27,795 bases of DNA from Campylobacterales bacterium (lineage in GTDB: Bacteria; Campylobacterota; Campylobacteria; Campylobacterales; Sulfurimonadaceae): assembly GCA_038205935.1 (NCBI GenBank), contig JBBRBK010000023.1, positions 1 to 27,795 on the forward strand. The letters are read 5' to 3'. The notes beneath the pieces were generated by a model that did no database searches, had not been told where the DNA came from, and was given only the letters and a program-made list of their open reading frames with translations. Each line of letters begins with the position of its first letter. Within the stretch, counting starts at the first letter, position 1. Made by a program: the position numbers and the translations under genes. Positions 1-8,710 of the stretch are shown piece after piece.

Positions 1-560
1 TCGCCGTTTTTCATCTTCTCTTTAAAAAGTGCGATGAGGGTTGCATATTTTCCAGTTTGTATCTCTCTTGGTCCGTAAACATTGTAAAAGTAAGTGATTG
101 CATACGGTACATTGAACCAGTTCCCGTAGTTCATGACAAGTTCAGTATTTGTAGCTTTTGTCCAAGCGTAAGGGCTTGCACTTCTGCCAAGACCGCCATC
201 GCCAAACTTTGTAGAGCTTCCAGCGTAAAGTATTTTACATCCGGCTTTTCTTACAAACTCTAAAACTGCGAAGATACCATCTTTATTGAACTTCCAAACT
301 TTTTCGATGTCATCAAAACTTTGCTCAACTCTTGAGTATTCTCCAAGATGATAAACCATATCAGGCGTGAAAGTGACAAGCTCTGAGATGTTAGCTGTCA
401 AACCCTCGATGTAAGTGACATTTGCCACATGATTTTCTTTGCTTCCTGTAAAATAATTGTCAAGTGAATAAACTTCATTGTTTGCATCCTGAGCCAATCT
501 CTCACAAAGATGACTTCCAACAAATCCAGCGCCACCCGTTACCAATATCTTTTTCTTCAT
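1..560 (-). CDS. NAD-dependent epimerase/dehydratase (extended SDR, nucleotide-sugar epimerase); 3' part runs off the window
   Basis: Not in the ORF track. Manual translation from ATG at 560 gives MKKKILVTGGAGFVGSHLCERL (GxxGxxG Rossmann motif), then SLDNYFTG, YAGSS, SPYAWTK (YxxxK) and YFYNVYGPRE; the frame is open to base 1. Confidence 0.92.
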   Translation of the reverse strand, partial: MKKKILVTGGAGFVGSHLCERLAQDANNEVYSLDNYFTGSKENHVANVTYIEGLTANISELVTFTPDMVYHLGEYSRVEQSFDDIEKVWKFNKDGIFAVLEFVRKAGCKILYAGSSTKFGDGGLGRSASPYAWTKATNTELVMNYGNWFNVPYAITYFYNVYGPREIQTGKYATLIALFKEKMKNG

Positions 561-582
561 ATTTTCTCTTCTCTATTATTTT

Positions 583-861
583 TTATTTATCAATCCACTT
601 ATAAATATCAAGAATTGAAATTCTATTTTTTTCATTTTCAATGAGATATGTAATTGTATAACCTTTAAAAGTCATATCTCTAACATCTGCATCAGTATGA
701 TTTTTTGATTGTTGAAATTTGTAAGGAAAGTTCATTAACTCGTTTATTTTATTGTCTAATTGACTTTTAAAGTTGAAAGCTCTACTCCTGCTATCTTTTG
801 AAATAAACAAGATGATAACTTTTAATGCAATCCCGTATTCTTTTCTTCTAAAAATTATCAC
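583..861 (-). CDS. Type II toxin, RelE/ParE family
   Basis: 92 aa basic protein with ParE-like pattern (FISKDSRSRAFNF...L.NFPYKF...RDMTFKGYTITY.I...I.ILDIYK). Its GTG start directly abuts the stop of the upstream small acidic ORF. Confidence 0.8.
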   Translation of the reverse strand: MIIFRRKEYGIALKVIILFISKDSRSRAFNFKSQLDNKINELMNFPYKFQQSKNHTDADVRDMTFKGYTITYLIENEKNRISILDIYKWIDK

Positions 862-1119
862 TTATAAACTTTTCATGAACTCATTCATATCATCATCATA
901 TTCTGTTTGGTTCAATAGAATAGCACTTCCATTCTTTACTTCTTCAACAGCTTGGGTGATTCTTCTAGTCGCTTCATCTTTCGTGATTGCAAGATAACCA
1001 TCACTTAATGATAATTTCATAAATTTTACAAAATCACGAAGTAAACTCTGTGTGTCATTGCCATATTGTGAAGATATAAAGTTTTCGATTTCAGGGTTGT
1101 TGATTTGTATAGTTTGCAT
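862..1119 (-). CDS. Putative antitoxin partner of the RelE/ParE toxin
   Basis: About 85 aa with an acidic C-terminus (EYDDDMNEF), immediately upstream of the toxin (TAA-GTG junction). AGGAT SD at 1132-1128 favours ATG 1119 over GTG 1125. Confidence 0.7.
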   Translation of the reverse strand: MQTIQINNPEIENFISSQYGNDTQSLLRDFVKFMKLSLSDGYLAITKDEATRRITQAVEEVKNGSAILLNQTEYDDDMNEFMKSL

Positions 1120-1226
1120 GATCACATATCCTATAAGAGTTTTAAATCATAAAATTGTACCTAAATTAAGGTAAAATTCCTGATAAATCAAAAACACGGC
1201 TAATGACGGTTAGGGTAAAATTTCAT

Positions 1227-3215
1227 ATGAATAAAACAGCACATTTCTCATTTTTGCTTCATCAGTTGAAGCTTTTTTTTAAGGTCGAACTTTTCTTTTT
1301 AGTGATGCTTAGTCTAGTCCGCATCTACCTTTTCGTACGGTATGCACAAGATGCAAAATACACTTTAGCAGAGCTTACAGATGCTTTTTGGATAGGTTTT
1401 CGCCTCGATGTAAGTGCTTTGGGATATACGTTTATTATGCCTGTACTTGTGCTTTTTCTTTTGTGGATCTTCCGTCTGAAGTTTTTAAGCTCTCTTGTAA
1501 ATAGCTTCTTCAAACTTTACTTTTTTCTCATTTTCTTGATACTTTCAGTTTTGATTATCACTGATGTCGGGTATTTTTCATTTTTTGGTGATCACATGTC
1601 TGTTATGGTTTTTGGAATCTTTGATGATGATACAAAAGCTCTTTTTGAGATAGCAAAAAAGAACTACAACCTTTGGTTATATGAAATTTTTGGATTCATT
1701 TACGTTGTGGGTGGCTACTTAGCCATCGCAAAATTTATCAAAGAGAAAAAAGAGATAGCACATAAAGAGTGGAACTATTTTACGCAAAGCGGTTTCTTTG
1801 TGGCTCTTTTTGTCGTGGTCTTTTTAGCTGTGCGCGGTTCTGTGGGGCTTTTTCCTTTAGCTGTATATATTCCAGATGTTTCATCTGATGCGGTGATAAA
1901 TAAGCTTCCCCAAAATGCAGTGCATGCGATGATAAAAGCAGAAAATCAGTATGCAAAGAGCAAAGACGGTAGTTATGATCTTATTAAGATGAGTGGCTAT
2001 AGCGGAAATTTACCAGAAGCATTTAGAGTGCAGACGGGCAAAAAAGAGATCAATGAAAAAGATCTTTTATCAAATATCGTGTACCAGACAAAAAAAGATG
2101 CAACGCTCGAAAAAAAGCCTCCAAATGTTGTGCTTGAAGTCGTAGAAAGTTTTGGGATGCCAATTTTGGTGTATCAAAGTGAGAGTTTTGACATTATGCG
2201 TTCTTTGAAAAAGCATTTTGCCCAAGATACACTGTTTACAAACTTTATCTCCACGTCCAATGGCACGATTGAAGATTTAGAACCTTTGATGCTCAACACT
2301 ACAGCGCGTCCGGGAGCAACCACATTTGGGCAAAGTCAATATCTCAATACCTCATTTTCTCAGGCGAGTGCAAAAGTGTATCAAAAAGCTGGATATGAGA
2401 CGATGTTTGTGTATGGCGGTGACCTTTCATGGAGAAATGTCGGAGCATTTTTTTCCCGTCAAGGGTTTGATCATGTGTATGGAAAAGCGGCTATTGTTGA
2501 AAAGCTTCATTTAGATGAGAAAAAAGTCTCACATGATTGGGGTGTGTATGACAAGTATCTGCATCAGTTTGTGTTAGCAAAACTCAAAGAAGCGAAAAAA
2601 CCGCTCTTGATAGTGGTGATGACGACAAATAACCATCCTCCGTATAAACTGGATGTGAATTATGCAAGTAAAAATCTTGTATTTTCTGATGACTTAAAAA
2701 AACATCTTGTAGGCGATCTGGATCTTAATCATCAAAGGTTTCAGGATTATCAGTATGCGCTAGATATGGTTGGAGGATTTATGGATGCTCTCAAAGGCTC
2801 GTCGCTTAGAGATAATACCGTCGTAGCCATTACTGGAGACAATAATACGGTTGAGGGAATTATGCGTTATGATGATTATTATACACAAACGAAACGTATC
2901 CCTTTTTATATTTATTTGCCGCCATATTTACGCCATGAAACAAAGGGGATAAATACCAAAATGGCTGGTTCAGATAAAGATATCTTTCCGACACTTTACA
3001 ATCTTACTCTTTCGGATGTGAATTACACAGCCATCGGAACAAATCTTTTAGATACAAAGAGACTCCATTGCGGATACAATGACGATGGTGTAATCGTCGC
3101 AAATGACGGTGGTTTTAAAGCCACCAAGCCAAAAACTCAGTTGCAAAAAGAGTGCGATGCTCAGTATAAAGCTTCTTTAGCAGTAACAGAATATTTGATA
3201 AAATCGCAAAAATAA
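1227..3215 (+). CDS. LTA synthase family / sulfatase-like membrane phosphoglycerol- or phosphoethanolamine-transferase
   Basis: About 5 N-terminal TM helices (GFRLD motif) followed by a soluble alkaline-phosphatase-superfamily domain (PPNVV..VESF, SNGT nucleophile region, QGFD, WGVYD, TTNNHPPY, DIFPTL). ATG 1227 preferred; ATG 1203 is the alternative. Confidence 0.85.
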   Translation: MNKTAHFSFLLHQLKLFFKVELFFLVMLSLVRIYLFVRYAQDAKYTLAELTDAFWIGFRLDVSALGYTFIMPVLVLFLLWIFRLKFLSSLVNSFFKLYFFLIFLILSVLIITDVGYFSFFGDHMSVMVFGIFDDDTKALFEIAKKNYNLWLYEIFGFIYVVGGYLAIAKFIKEKKEIAHKEWNYFTQSGFFVALFVVVFLAVRGSVGLFPLAVYIPDVSSDAVINKLPQNAVHAMIKAENQYAKSKDGSYDLIKMSGYSGNLPEAFRVQTGKKEINEKDLLSNIVYQTKKDATLEKKPPNVVLEVVESFGMPILVYQSESFDIMRSLKKHFAQDTLFTNFISTSNGTIEDLEPLMLNTTARPGATTFGQSQYLNTSFSQASAKVYQKAGYETMFVYGGDLSWRNVGAFFSRQGFDHVYGKAAIVEKLHLDEKKVSHDWGVYDKYLHQFVLAKLKEAKKPLLIVVMTTNNHPPYKLDVNYASKNLVFSDDLKKHLVGDLDLNHQRFQDYQYALDMVGGFMDALKGSSLRDNTVVAITGDNNTVEGIMRYDDYYTQTKRIPFYIYLPPYLRHETKGINTKMAGSDKDIFPTLYNLTLSDVNYTAIGTNLLDTKRLHCGYNDDGVIVANDGGFKATKPKTQLQKECDAQYKASLAVTEYLIKSQK

Positions 3216-3224
3216 AGGTAAAGT

Positions 3225-4934
3225 TTGAAAGAAATTTATAAACGGTATTACCCATACATCAAAGAGTATAAATTACAATATATTTATGTCCTCATAGGCA
3301 TAGCCTTGACCGTTGCTGCGACGACAGCAACAGCACAGATCATGAAACCATTAATGGATGATATGTTTATAAAACGTGATGAAGCTATGCTTTATCTCAT
3401 TCCGCTTGGTCTTGTGGGGATTTACTTCTTAAAGGCTCTTGGACGTTATATCCAGTCTGTATATATGAACTACATTGGTATGCATATTGTTTCTCGTTTT
3501 CGTGAAATTCTTTTAGAAAAGATTATTAGATCTGATATGAGTTTTTTATATCTTAATCGAAGTGGAGAACTTATTTCTCGTGTTACAAATGATATAGGGC
3601 GCATTCAATACTTTGTATCAAATATGCTTCCTGAGCTATTTCGCGAGAGTATTACGGTTGTTTCGCTCATCGCTTATGTGATCTATCTTAACCCAAAACT
3701 TGCCTTTTATTCGCTTATATTGGTGCCGTTGATTATCTATCCATTGGTTGCAATTGCAAGAAAATTGAAAAAATATTCTCACCGTTCACAAGCAAAAAAT
3801 GCCGATGTCATGACACGACTTACGGAGGTTTTTAACAACAGTGAGATCATCAAAGCAAACGCGACAGAAGCCTATGAAATGGAGCGTTTTTCAGTAGAAA
3901 ACTGGAATTTTTTTAAGATAAATATGAAGTCTACTTATGTAGGCGAGATCATTTCTCCTATCATGGAGCTCATCGGGGCAGGTGGACTTGCCGCTGTTAT
4001 CTTTGTAGGCGGTCATGAAGTTTATAATAACCACATGACAGTTGGAGAATTCACGGCATTTTTAACAGCTGTGGGGCTTGTATTTCAGCCGATCCGCCGT
4101 ATCGGCTCTATTTATTCAAAGATTCAAGATGCCGTGGCTGCGAGCGAGCGTGTGTTTGAAGTGCTCGATATTGATAACACTATTAAAGACGGTGAGCTTA
4201 TTTTGGATGAAGATATCAACTCTGTCGAGTTCTTACATGTAGGACTTTCATACAATAAAAAAGAGGCTTTAAAAGATATCAGTTTTAGTGCAAAAGATGG
4301 ACAAAATATCGCTCTTGTAGGCGATAGCGGAGGTGGGAAAAGCTCTCTAGTTAATCTTATATTGCGTTTTTATGAGACATCAAGTGGCGAGATACTCATC
4401 AATGGCAAAGATATTAAAGAGTACACACAAAAGTCGCTTCGCCATCATATCTCGCTTGTTTCTCAGCGTGTTTATATCTTTCAAGACACGTTAGCGGCTA
4501 ATGTCGCTTATGGACAAGAAATAGACCGCCAAAGAGTTGAAGAAGCTTTAAAACTTGCCGACGCTTCAGAGTTTGTCTCAAAGCTTGAAAACGGCATAGA
4601 TACGCTTATGGAGGAGTTTGGTTCAAATCTCTCAGGCGGTCAGCGTCAGCGCATCGCCATAGCTCGCGCTATCTACAAACATGCTTCACTTTTACTCTTT
4701 GATGAAGCAACTTCCGCCCTTGATAATGAAAGTGAAAAACGGATACAAAACGCACTTAAAAACTATGCAAAAGATAAGATCACCATTACCATCGCACATA
4801 GACTCAGCACTATAGAAGATGCAGATAAGATACTAGTATTTCAAGCAGGGCACATAGTAGCAAGTGGAACACACGAAGAGCTTTTAGAACATTCAGAGAG
4901 TTATAGAAAGTTGGCGGGGAAGTTAGAGGATTAA
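3225..4934 (+). CDS. msbA: Lipid A export ABC transporter ATP-binding/permease MsbA-like
   Basis: Six-TM ABC membrane domain, Walker A GDSGGGKS, signature LSGGQRQRIAIAR, Walker B LLLFDEATSALD, IAHRLST. TTG start with AAGG SD. Confidence 0.85.
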   Translation: MKEIYKRYYPYIKEYKLQYIYVLIGIALTVAATTATAQIMKPLMDDMFIKRDEAMLYLIPLGLVGIYFLKALGRYIQSVYMNYIGMHIVSRFREILLEKIIRSDMSFLYLNRSGELISRVTNDIGRIQYFVSNMLPELFRESITVVSLIAYVIYLNPKLAFYSLILVPLIIYPLVAIARKLKKYSHRSQAKNADVMTRLTEVFNNSEIIKANATEAYEMERFSVENWNFFKINMKSTYVGEIISPIMELIGAGGLAAVIFVGGHEVYNNHMTVGEFTAFLTAVGLVFQPIRRIGSIYSKIQDAVAASERVFEVLDIDNTIKDGELILDEDINSVEFLHVGLSYNKKEALKDISFSAKDGQNIALVGDSGGGKSSLVNLILRFYETSSGEILINGKDIKEYTQKSLRHHISLVSQRVYIFQDTLAANVAYGQEIDRQRVEEALKLADASEFVSKLENGIDTLMEEFGSNLSGGQRQRIAIARAIYKHASLLLFDEATSALDNESEKRIQNALKNYAKDKITITIAHRLSTIEDADKILVFQAGHIVASGTHEELLEHSESYRKLAGKLED

Positions 4935-4955
4935 AAGTGTCCACCTAACGGGTAT

Positions 4956-4990
4956 TTTACATGTAAGGCTTTAAAATTCTTACATGTAAA
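4956..4990. terminator. Hairpin built from two TTACATGTAA copies between convergent msbA and ccoG
   Basis: tttacatgtaag-gctttaaaatt-cttacatgtaaa forms a 12-bp perfect inverted repeat between two stop codons. Confidence 0.6.
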
Positions 4991-5001
4991 GAAGAGAAGG
5001 G

Positions 5002-6459
5002 TTACTTCCCTTCTGTCTCTTTTTCGAGCATATCTTCACGAGGATATGTGAATGTTGCTTGTCTATAAACGACTATTTTATCTATGATTTTTCCATCTTT
5101 ATCTAAAGCATATGCTTTGATAGTGATAGGGATAACCGTGTCTTTCTTTGCATCATCTACGAGCTCATCAGTTGTATGAAGTGTAACAATCTTTTTCTTT
5201 TTCACGTCAGGTGAAACTTCAAACGGAGCTGTAGGTTGTTCAAGTTTGATCTTGCCTTCCATCCCTTTTGGAGGAATAACATCAAAGAAAAATTTGTATT
5301 TTTGATCTTGAGTATTTTGTAACAGGAATATATATGAGTTTTTAACGTCATATTCATCATGTCCTATTTTTTCTATAGAATAGAGACGAGTTTCTTTATT
5401 GATATTTAAAAGCATATGCTCTTTTTTGCTTCCCATAACGCCAACGATGACCGCAAGCAATACCAAAATAACGCCATAACCAATGATCTTTGGTCTGAAG
5501 TATCTTGTTTTACCTTGATCATAGATCTCATGTTCGCTTGACCAAACAACAAGACTCTCTTTTCCAAGATTTCCCATTACCGTTGTACATGCATCGACAC
5601 ACTCAAGACAGTTGATACATTCGAGCTGTAATCCTTTACGAATATCGATATGTGTAGGACAAACAGTTACACAGCTCTCACACGCAGTACACTCAGCTGA
5701 TGGGTTTACTGCTAAAAGGTCTATTTGTTTTGTAAACTGTTTTTCTTTATTGTCATCATAAATATCGCCACCACGGTGAGGATTGTAAATGGCCATAATC
5801 GTGTCATCATCATAAAGAACCGACTGAATTCTTGAATAAGGACAAACATAAACACAAAAGTTTTCTTTTAAGAAGATGATGTCATAGACTAAAAATGCGA
5901 CGACACTAGCTAAAAAGCCTACAACGACCATGTGCTCACCTGGATTTTGCATATAAACAAAAAAGTCTTCAGGTGGTACGAAAAACCACATAAAGTCAGC
6001 TGCTGCAACTGTTGCCAAAACCATCCATATGAGAACAGCGATCAACTTTTTGACTTTGTTTTCAGCTTTTGACATATCTGGTTCTTGCTGTTTGTTTTTG
6101 ATACGTTTGCGAAGACCTAAGATTTTTGTTTCGATCAAATCACGGTAAACAACACGAAATATTGTCTGAGGACACATCCATCCACAAAAAACACGTCCGC
6201 CAAGAACTGTAAGACCAAAGACTCCAAGGAACATGATCATCAGTAGAAATGGCATAAGATACATCTCTTGCATGTCAAACTGTACAAATCCAAGATGAAG
6301 CTTGAGTTTGTCAAAACTGAGTAAAAATAGGTGATTCCCATTCATTGTGATCCATGGAATCGCAAGAGAGATAGTCGTTGCGATAGCAAATCCAACATAT
6401 CTCATCATTCTCCATGGTGTAGTTTTTTCTTTTTTTAAGGGCTTGTCAATAGTAGCCAT
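5002..6459 (-). CDS. ccoG: Cytochrome c oxidase accessory protein CcoG/FixG
   Basis: GRVFCGWMCPQT, FCVYVCPY, two 4Fe-4S motifs (CTACESCVTVCP, CINCLECVDAC), C-terminal FixG-like domain, AGGAG SD. Confidence 0.95.
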   Translation of the reverse strand: MATIDKPLKKEKTTPWRMMRYVGFAIATTISLAIPWITMNGNHLFLLSFDKLKLHLGFVQFDMQEMYLMPFLLMIMFLGVFGLTVLGGRVFCGWMCPQTIFRVVYRDLIETKILGLRKRIKNKQQEPDMSKAENKVKKLIAVLIWMVLATVAAADFMWFFVPPEDFFVYMQNPGEHMVVVGFLASVVAFLVYDIIFLKENFCVYVCPYSRIQSVLYDDDTIMAIYNPHRGGDIYDDNKEKQFTKQIDLLAVNPSAECTACESCVTVCPTHIDIRKGLQLECINCLECVDACTTVMGNLGKESLVVWSSEHEIYDQGKTRYFRPKIIGYGVILVLLAVIVGVMGSKKEHMLLNINKETRLYSIEKIGHDEYDVKNSYIFLLQNTQDQKYKFFFDVIPPKGMEGKIKLEQPTAPFEVSPDVKKKKIVTLHTTDELVDDAKKDTVIPITIKAYALDKDGKIIDKIVVYRQATFTYPREDMLEKETEGK

Positions 6460-6468
6460 TGTTTCTCC

Positions 6469-7113
6469 TTATTTGATTGTTTGAGGACAAGTGATTTTAT
6501 TTATCACTCTTTCCTCGGCATTTTCTGGTGTTTCATGAACTGTGTAACCAGATGCGAAATTTTTTAACTCACGTGATTCTATGTAATCCTTCAAGGAACT
6601 GCGACTTACATGTAAGACCCGAGCGATTTCGCTGACGGTTTTATTTGATTTTATAAGAGATAAAATCTCATTATGATATTGATCGAATTTTGATGATGAT
6701 CGGCTTCCCTTCGGTCTACCAATAGACTTTTTTGAGTTATCCTGAAGAGTTTGTCGTAGCTCGTCGATAAGGCCCAAAACAAGCATTACATCACTCTCGC
6801 GGGAAATTATAACAGATTGTTTTACAAAGTGGACTTCATAAGAGTTCTTAAGAAGACAGCTAAACATCTGAACAGCATCTTCCATATTTGTACTCAAAAC
6901 CCAAGTATCATAAACCAAAAGAATCCCGCCTGCTCCATGTTTAAAGTATGAAGCAACTTCATCTCTTTCATCTAAGCGTTTGTTCTGAGATTTTTGGTCT
7001 ATGAATTCTTCGTCTACAACTATCCCTTTTTGATTGGCATATAAACTTATGAACTTCAGTTGTTCATACGCAGTTTCAAAATTTTTGTCTGAACGAATAT
7101 AAGTGTGAACCAT
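6469..7113 (-). CDS. Resolvase/serine-recombinase-family protein with C-terminal HTH, catalytically degenerate
   Basis: Resolvase-like N-terminus (HTYIRS...EQ..I..YA...G), GRPKG arm, and HTH SEIARVLHVSRSSL. Start placed at 7113 because a sigma70 promoter lies at 7154-7183 and AGGAG at 7131-7127. Confidence 0.75.
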   Translation of the reverse strand: MVHTYIRSDKNFETAYEQLKFISLYANQKGIVVDEEFIDQKSQNKRLDERDEVASYFKHGAGGILLVYDTWVLSTNMEDAVQMFSCLLKNSYEVHFVKQSVIISRESDVMLVLGLIDELRQTLQDNSKKSIGRPKGSRSSSKFDQYHNEILSLIKSNKTVSEIARVLHVSRSSLKDYIESRELKNFASGYTVHETPENAEERVINKITCPQTIK

Positions 7114-7153
7114 AATAGCGTTAAAACTCCTCTTGACTTTTAGTTTCATCGTC

Positions 7154-7183
7154 ATTATAGTATTTTTTGACGTATAAAGTCAA
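7154..7183 (-). promoter_or_regulatory. Sigma70 promoter for the recombinase-like gene and ccoG
   Basis: Minus strand TTGACT (7183-7178), 18-nt spacer, TATAAT (7159-7154). Confidence 0.6.
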
Positions 7184-7230
7184 TAAAAAAAATGTTTTTT
7201 TCGTCAAGATGAGTTCTTTATATTTTTGTT

Positions 7231-7239
7231 TGATATAAT
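7231..7239 (+). promoter_or_regulatory. Extended -10 promoter (TGnTATAAT) of the TPR-rnhA-rnc-aroC operon
   Basis: tgatataat at 7231-7239, 7 nt before ATG 7247. Confidence 0.6.
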
Positions 7240-7246
7240 CGCATTT

Positions 7247-8290
7247 ATGAATAGTCTGTTTATAGAATATAGAGACCCTTTGTTTGGGATCATCGTCTTT
7301 TTTGTTTTGGTCTTTGTGATCGCCTTGTTTAGCTACTGGTGGGGACGTTTTAAAACAAAAGATGACCACCGACATCTGGACAGATTTTTACGTCAGTTTA
7401 AAACTGCACCCTCCGAAACAGAGTTAAAAGAGCTGCTGTCCTCCTCTAAAATATCATCAAAGTCTTGGCTTTTACTTGCAGATTCGTATTCTAAAAATGG
7501 TCAATATGAAAAAAGTATAGAGATTTATTATGGACTTTTGGCAAATAAGCAAGAAGATGTCAATAAAAAAGAGATCATGTTTTTACTTGGTAGAACCTAC
7601 TTTAAAGCTGGTTTTTTAGAACGCAGTAAAAACGTTTTTTTGGAGATACTCAAAGCAAATCCAAGAACCCCGCAAGCTTTGCGCTACCTTCTTCTTATCT
7701 ATGAGCATCTTCGAGATTATAAATCCGCGCTCAGTGTTTTAGAACCTTTGGATGAACTTGGCGAAGATGTTAAAAGCGATAAGATCTATCTTGAAACGAT
7801 TTTACTCTTAAATGATTATACGATAGATGAAAATGAAAAAACACAGAAGCTTTTAGCTTTATATAAAGAGCATAGAAGATTAACTTACCTTATTTTTGAA
7901 TATTTATTCAAAAAGCATCCAAAATTAGCATGGCAAAATCTCGATCAGTCTCAATGTGAAAGAGTGAGCGATCTCTTGTGGAACCTTTCTCTTGATGCTA
8001 TCGATTTTGATATAATTTCGCAAAATGTCTATTTGCGTGAACTCTTTAGCGCAAAAGGTTTTGTCGCCTTAGAAAAAAACAGTTCAGTCTTTGAATTTGA
8101 TCTTCTTATCAATCTTAGAAAAACTGATTATAAAGGCGCAACACTCACTTTTGAATACATCTGTAAACAGTGTAAGCAGATCTATCCATTTGCATTTCAT
8201 AGATGTCCATCTTGCCATGCGATAGACTCTGTTTTGAGCGAACCAATCATCTCGAAGGAATACAGTGAAAATAATAACTCTTTTCAGTGA
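7247..8290 (+). CDS. Membrane-anchored TPR protein with C-terminal rubredoxin-like Cys motif (LapB/YciM-like)
   Basis: N-terminal TM helix, TPRs (LGRTYFKAGFLERS), and CKQC...CPSC. This position upstream of rnhA-rnc-aroC is typical of Campylobacterota. Confidence 0.8.
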   Translation: MNSLFIEYRDPLFGIIVFFVLVFVIALFSYWWGRFKTKDDHRHLDRFLRQFKTAPSETELKELLSSSKISSKSWLLLADSYSKNGQYEKSIEIYYGLLANKQEDVNKKEIMFLLGRTYFKAGFLERSKNVFLEILKANPRTPQALRYLLLIYEHLRDYKSALSVLEPLDELGEDVKSDKIYLETILLLNDYTIDENEKTQKLLALYKEHRRLTYLIFEYLFKKHPKLAWQNLDQSQCERVSDLLWNLSLDAIDFDIISQNVYLRELFSAKGFVALEKNSSVFEFDLLINLRKTDYKGATLTFEYICKQCKQIYPFAFHRCPSCHAIDSVLSEPIISKEYSENNNSFQ

Positions 8291-8693
8291 TGGAAGTGCG
8301 CTTGGCAATCCAGGTCCGGGTGGATATGGTGCAATCCTTCGTTATAATGACAAAGAACGAATTATAAGCGGTGGAGAGGCTCATACGACAAACAACCGTA
8401 TGGAGCTCCTCGGCGTTATCGAAGGGCTAAGAGCACTTAAAGAGCCTTGCCAAGTTGAGGTGATCTCTGATTCTTCTTATGTGGTTAAAGGGATTAATGA
8501 ATGGATTGCTGGATGGATTGCAAGAGATTTTAAAAAAGTGAAAAATCCGGATTTGTGGATGGATTATCTTGTAGTCTCAAAACAACATAAGATAAAAGCA
8601 ACTTGGGTTCGTGGGCATAATGGACATGATGAAAATGAAAAATGTGATCTTCTTGCAAAAGAGCAAGCGCAAAAGCAAAAAGATCAATTATAA
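8265..8693 (+). CDS. rnhA: Ribonuclease HI
   Basis: [42 protein letters not shown] motifs. Confidence 0.97.
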   Translation: MKIITLFSDGSALGNPGPGGYGAILRYNDKERIISGGEAHTTNNRMELLGVIEGLRALKEPCQVEVISDSSYVVKGINEWIAGWIARDFKKVKNPDLWMDYLVVSKQHKIKATWVRGHNGHDENEKCDLLAKEQAQKQKDQL

Positions 8694-8710
8694 TAAAGGA
8701 AGAGGGCAAT

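Noticed and set aside
57..263. 68-aa plus-strand ORF
   Set aside because: Antisense shadow of the epimerase on the minus strand.
5002..6459. ccoG located away from ccoNOQP as a novelty
   Set aside because: A dispersed ccoG is common in Campylobacterota.
7114..7155. N-terminal extension of the recombinase-like ORF (MTMKLKVKRSFNAI)
   Set aside because: It overlaps the predicted -10 box and SD; the resolvase-like fold starts at MVHTYIRS.
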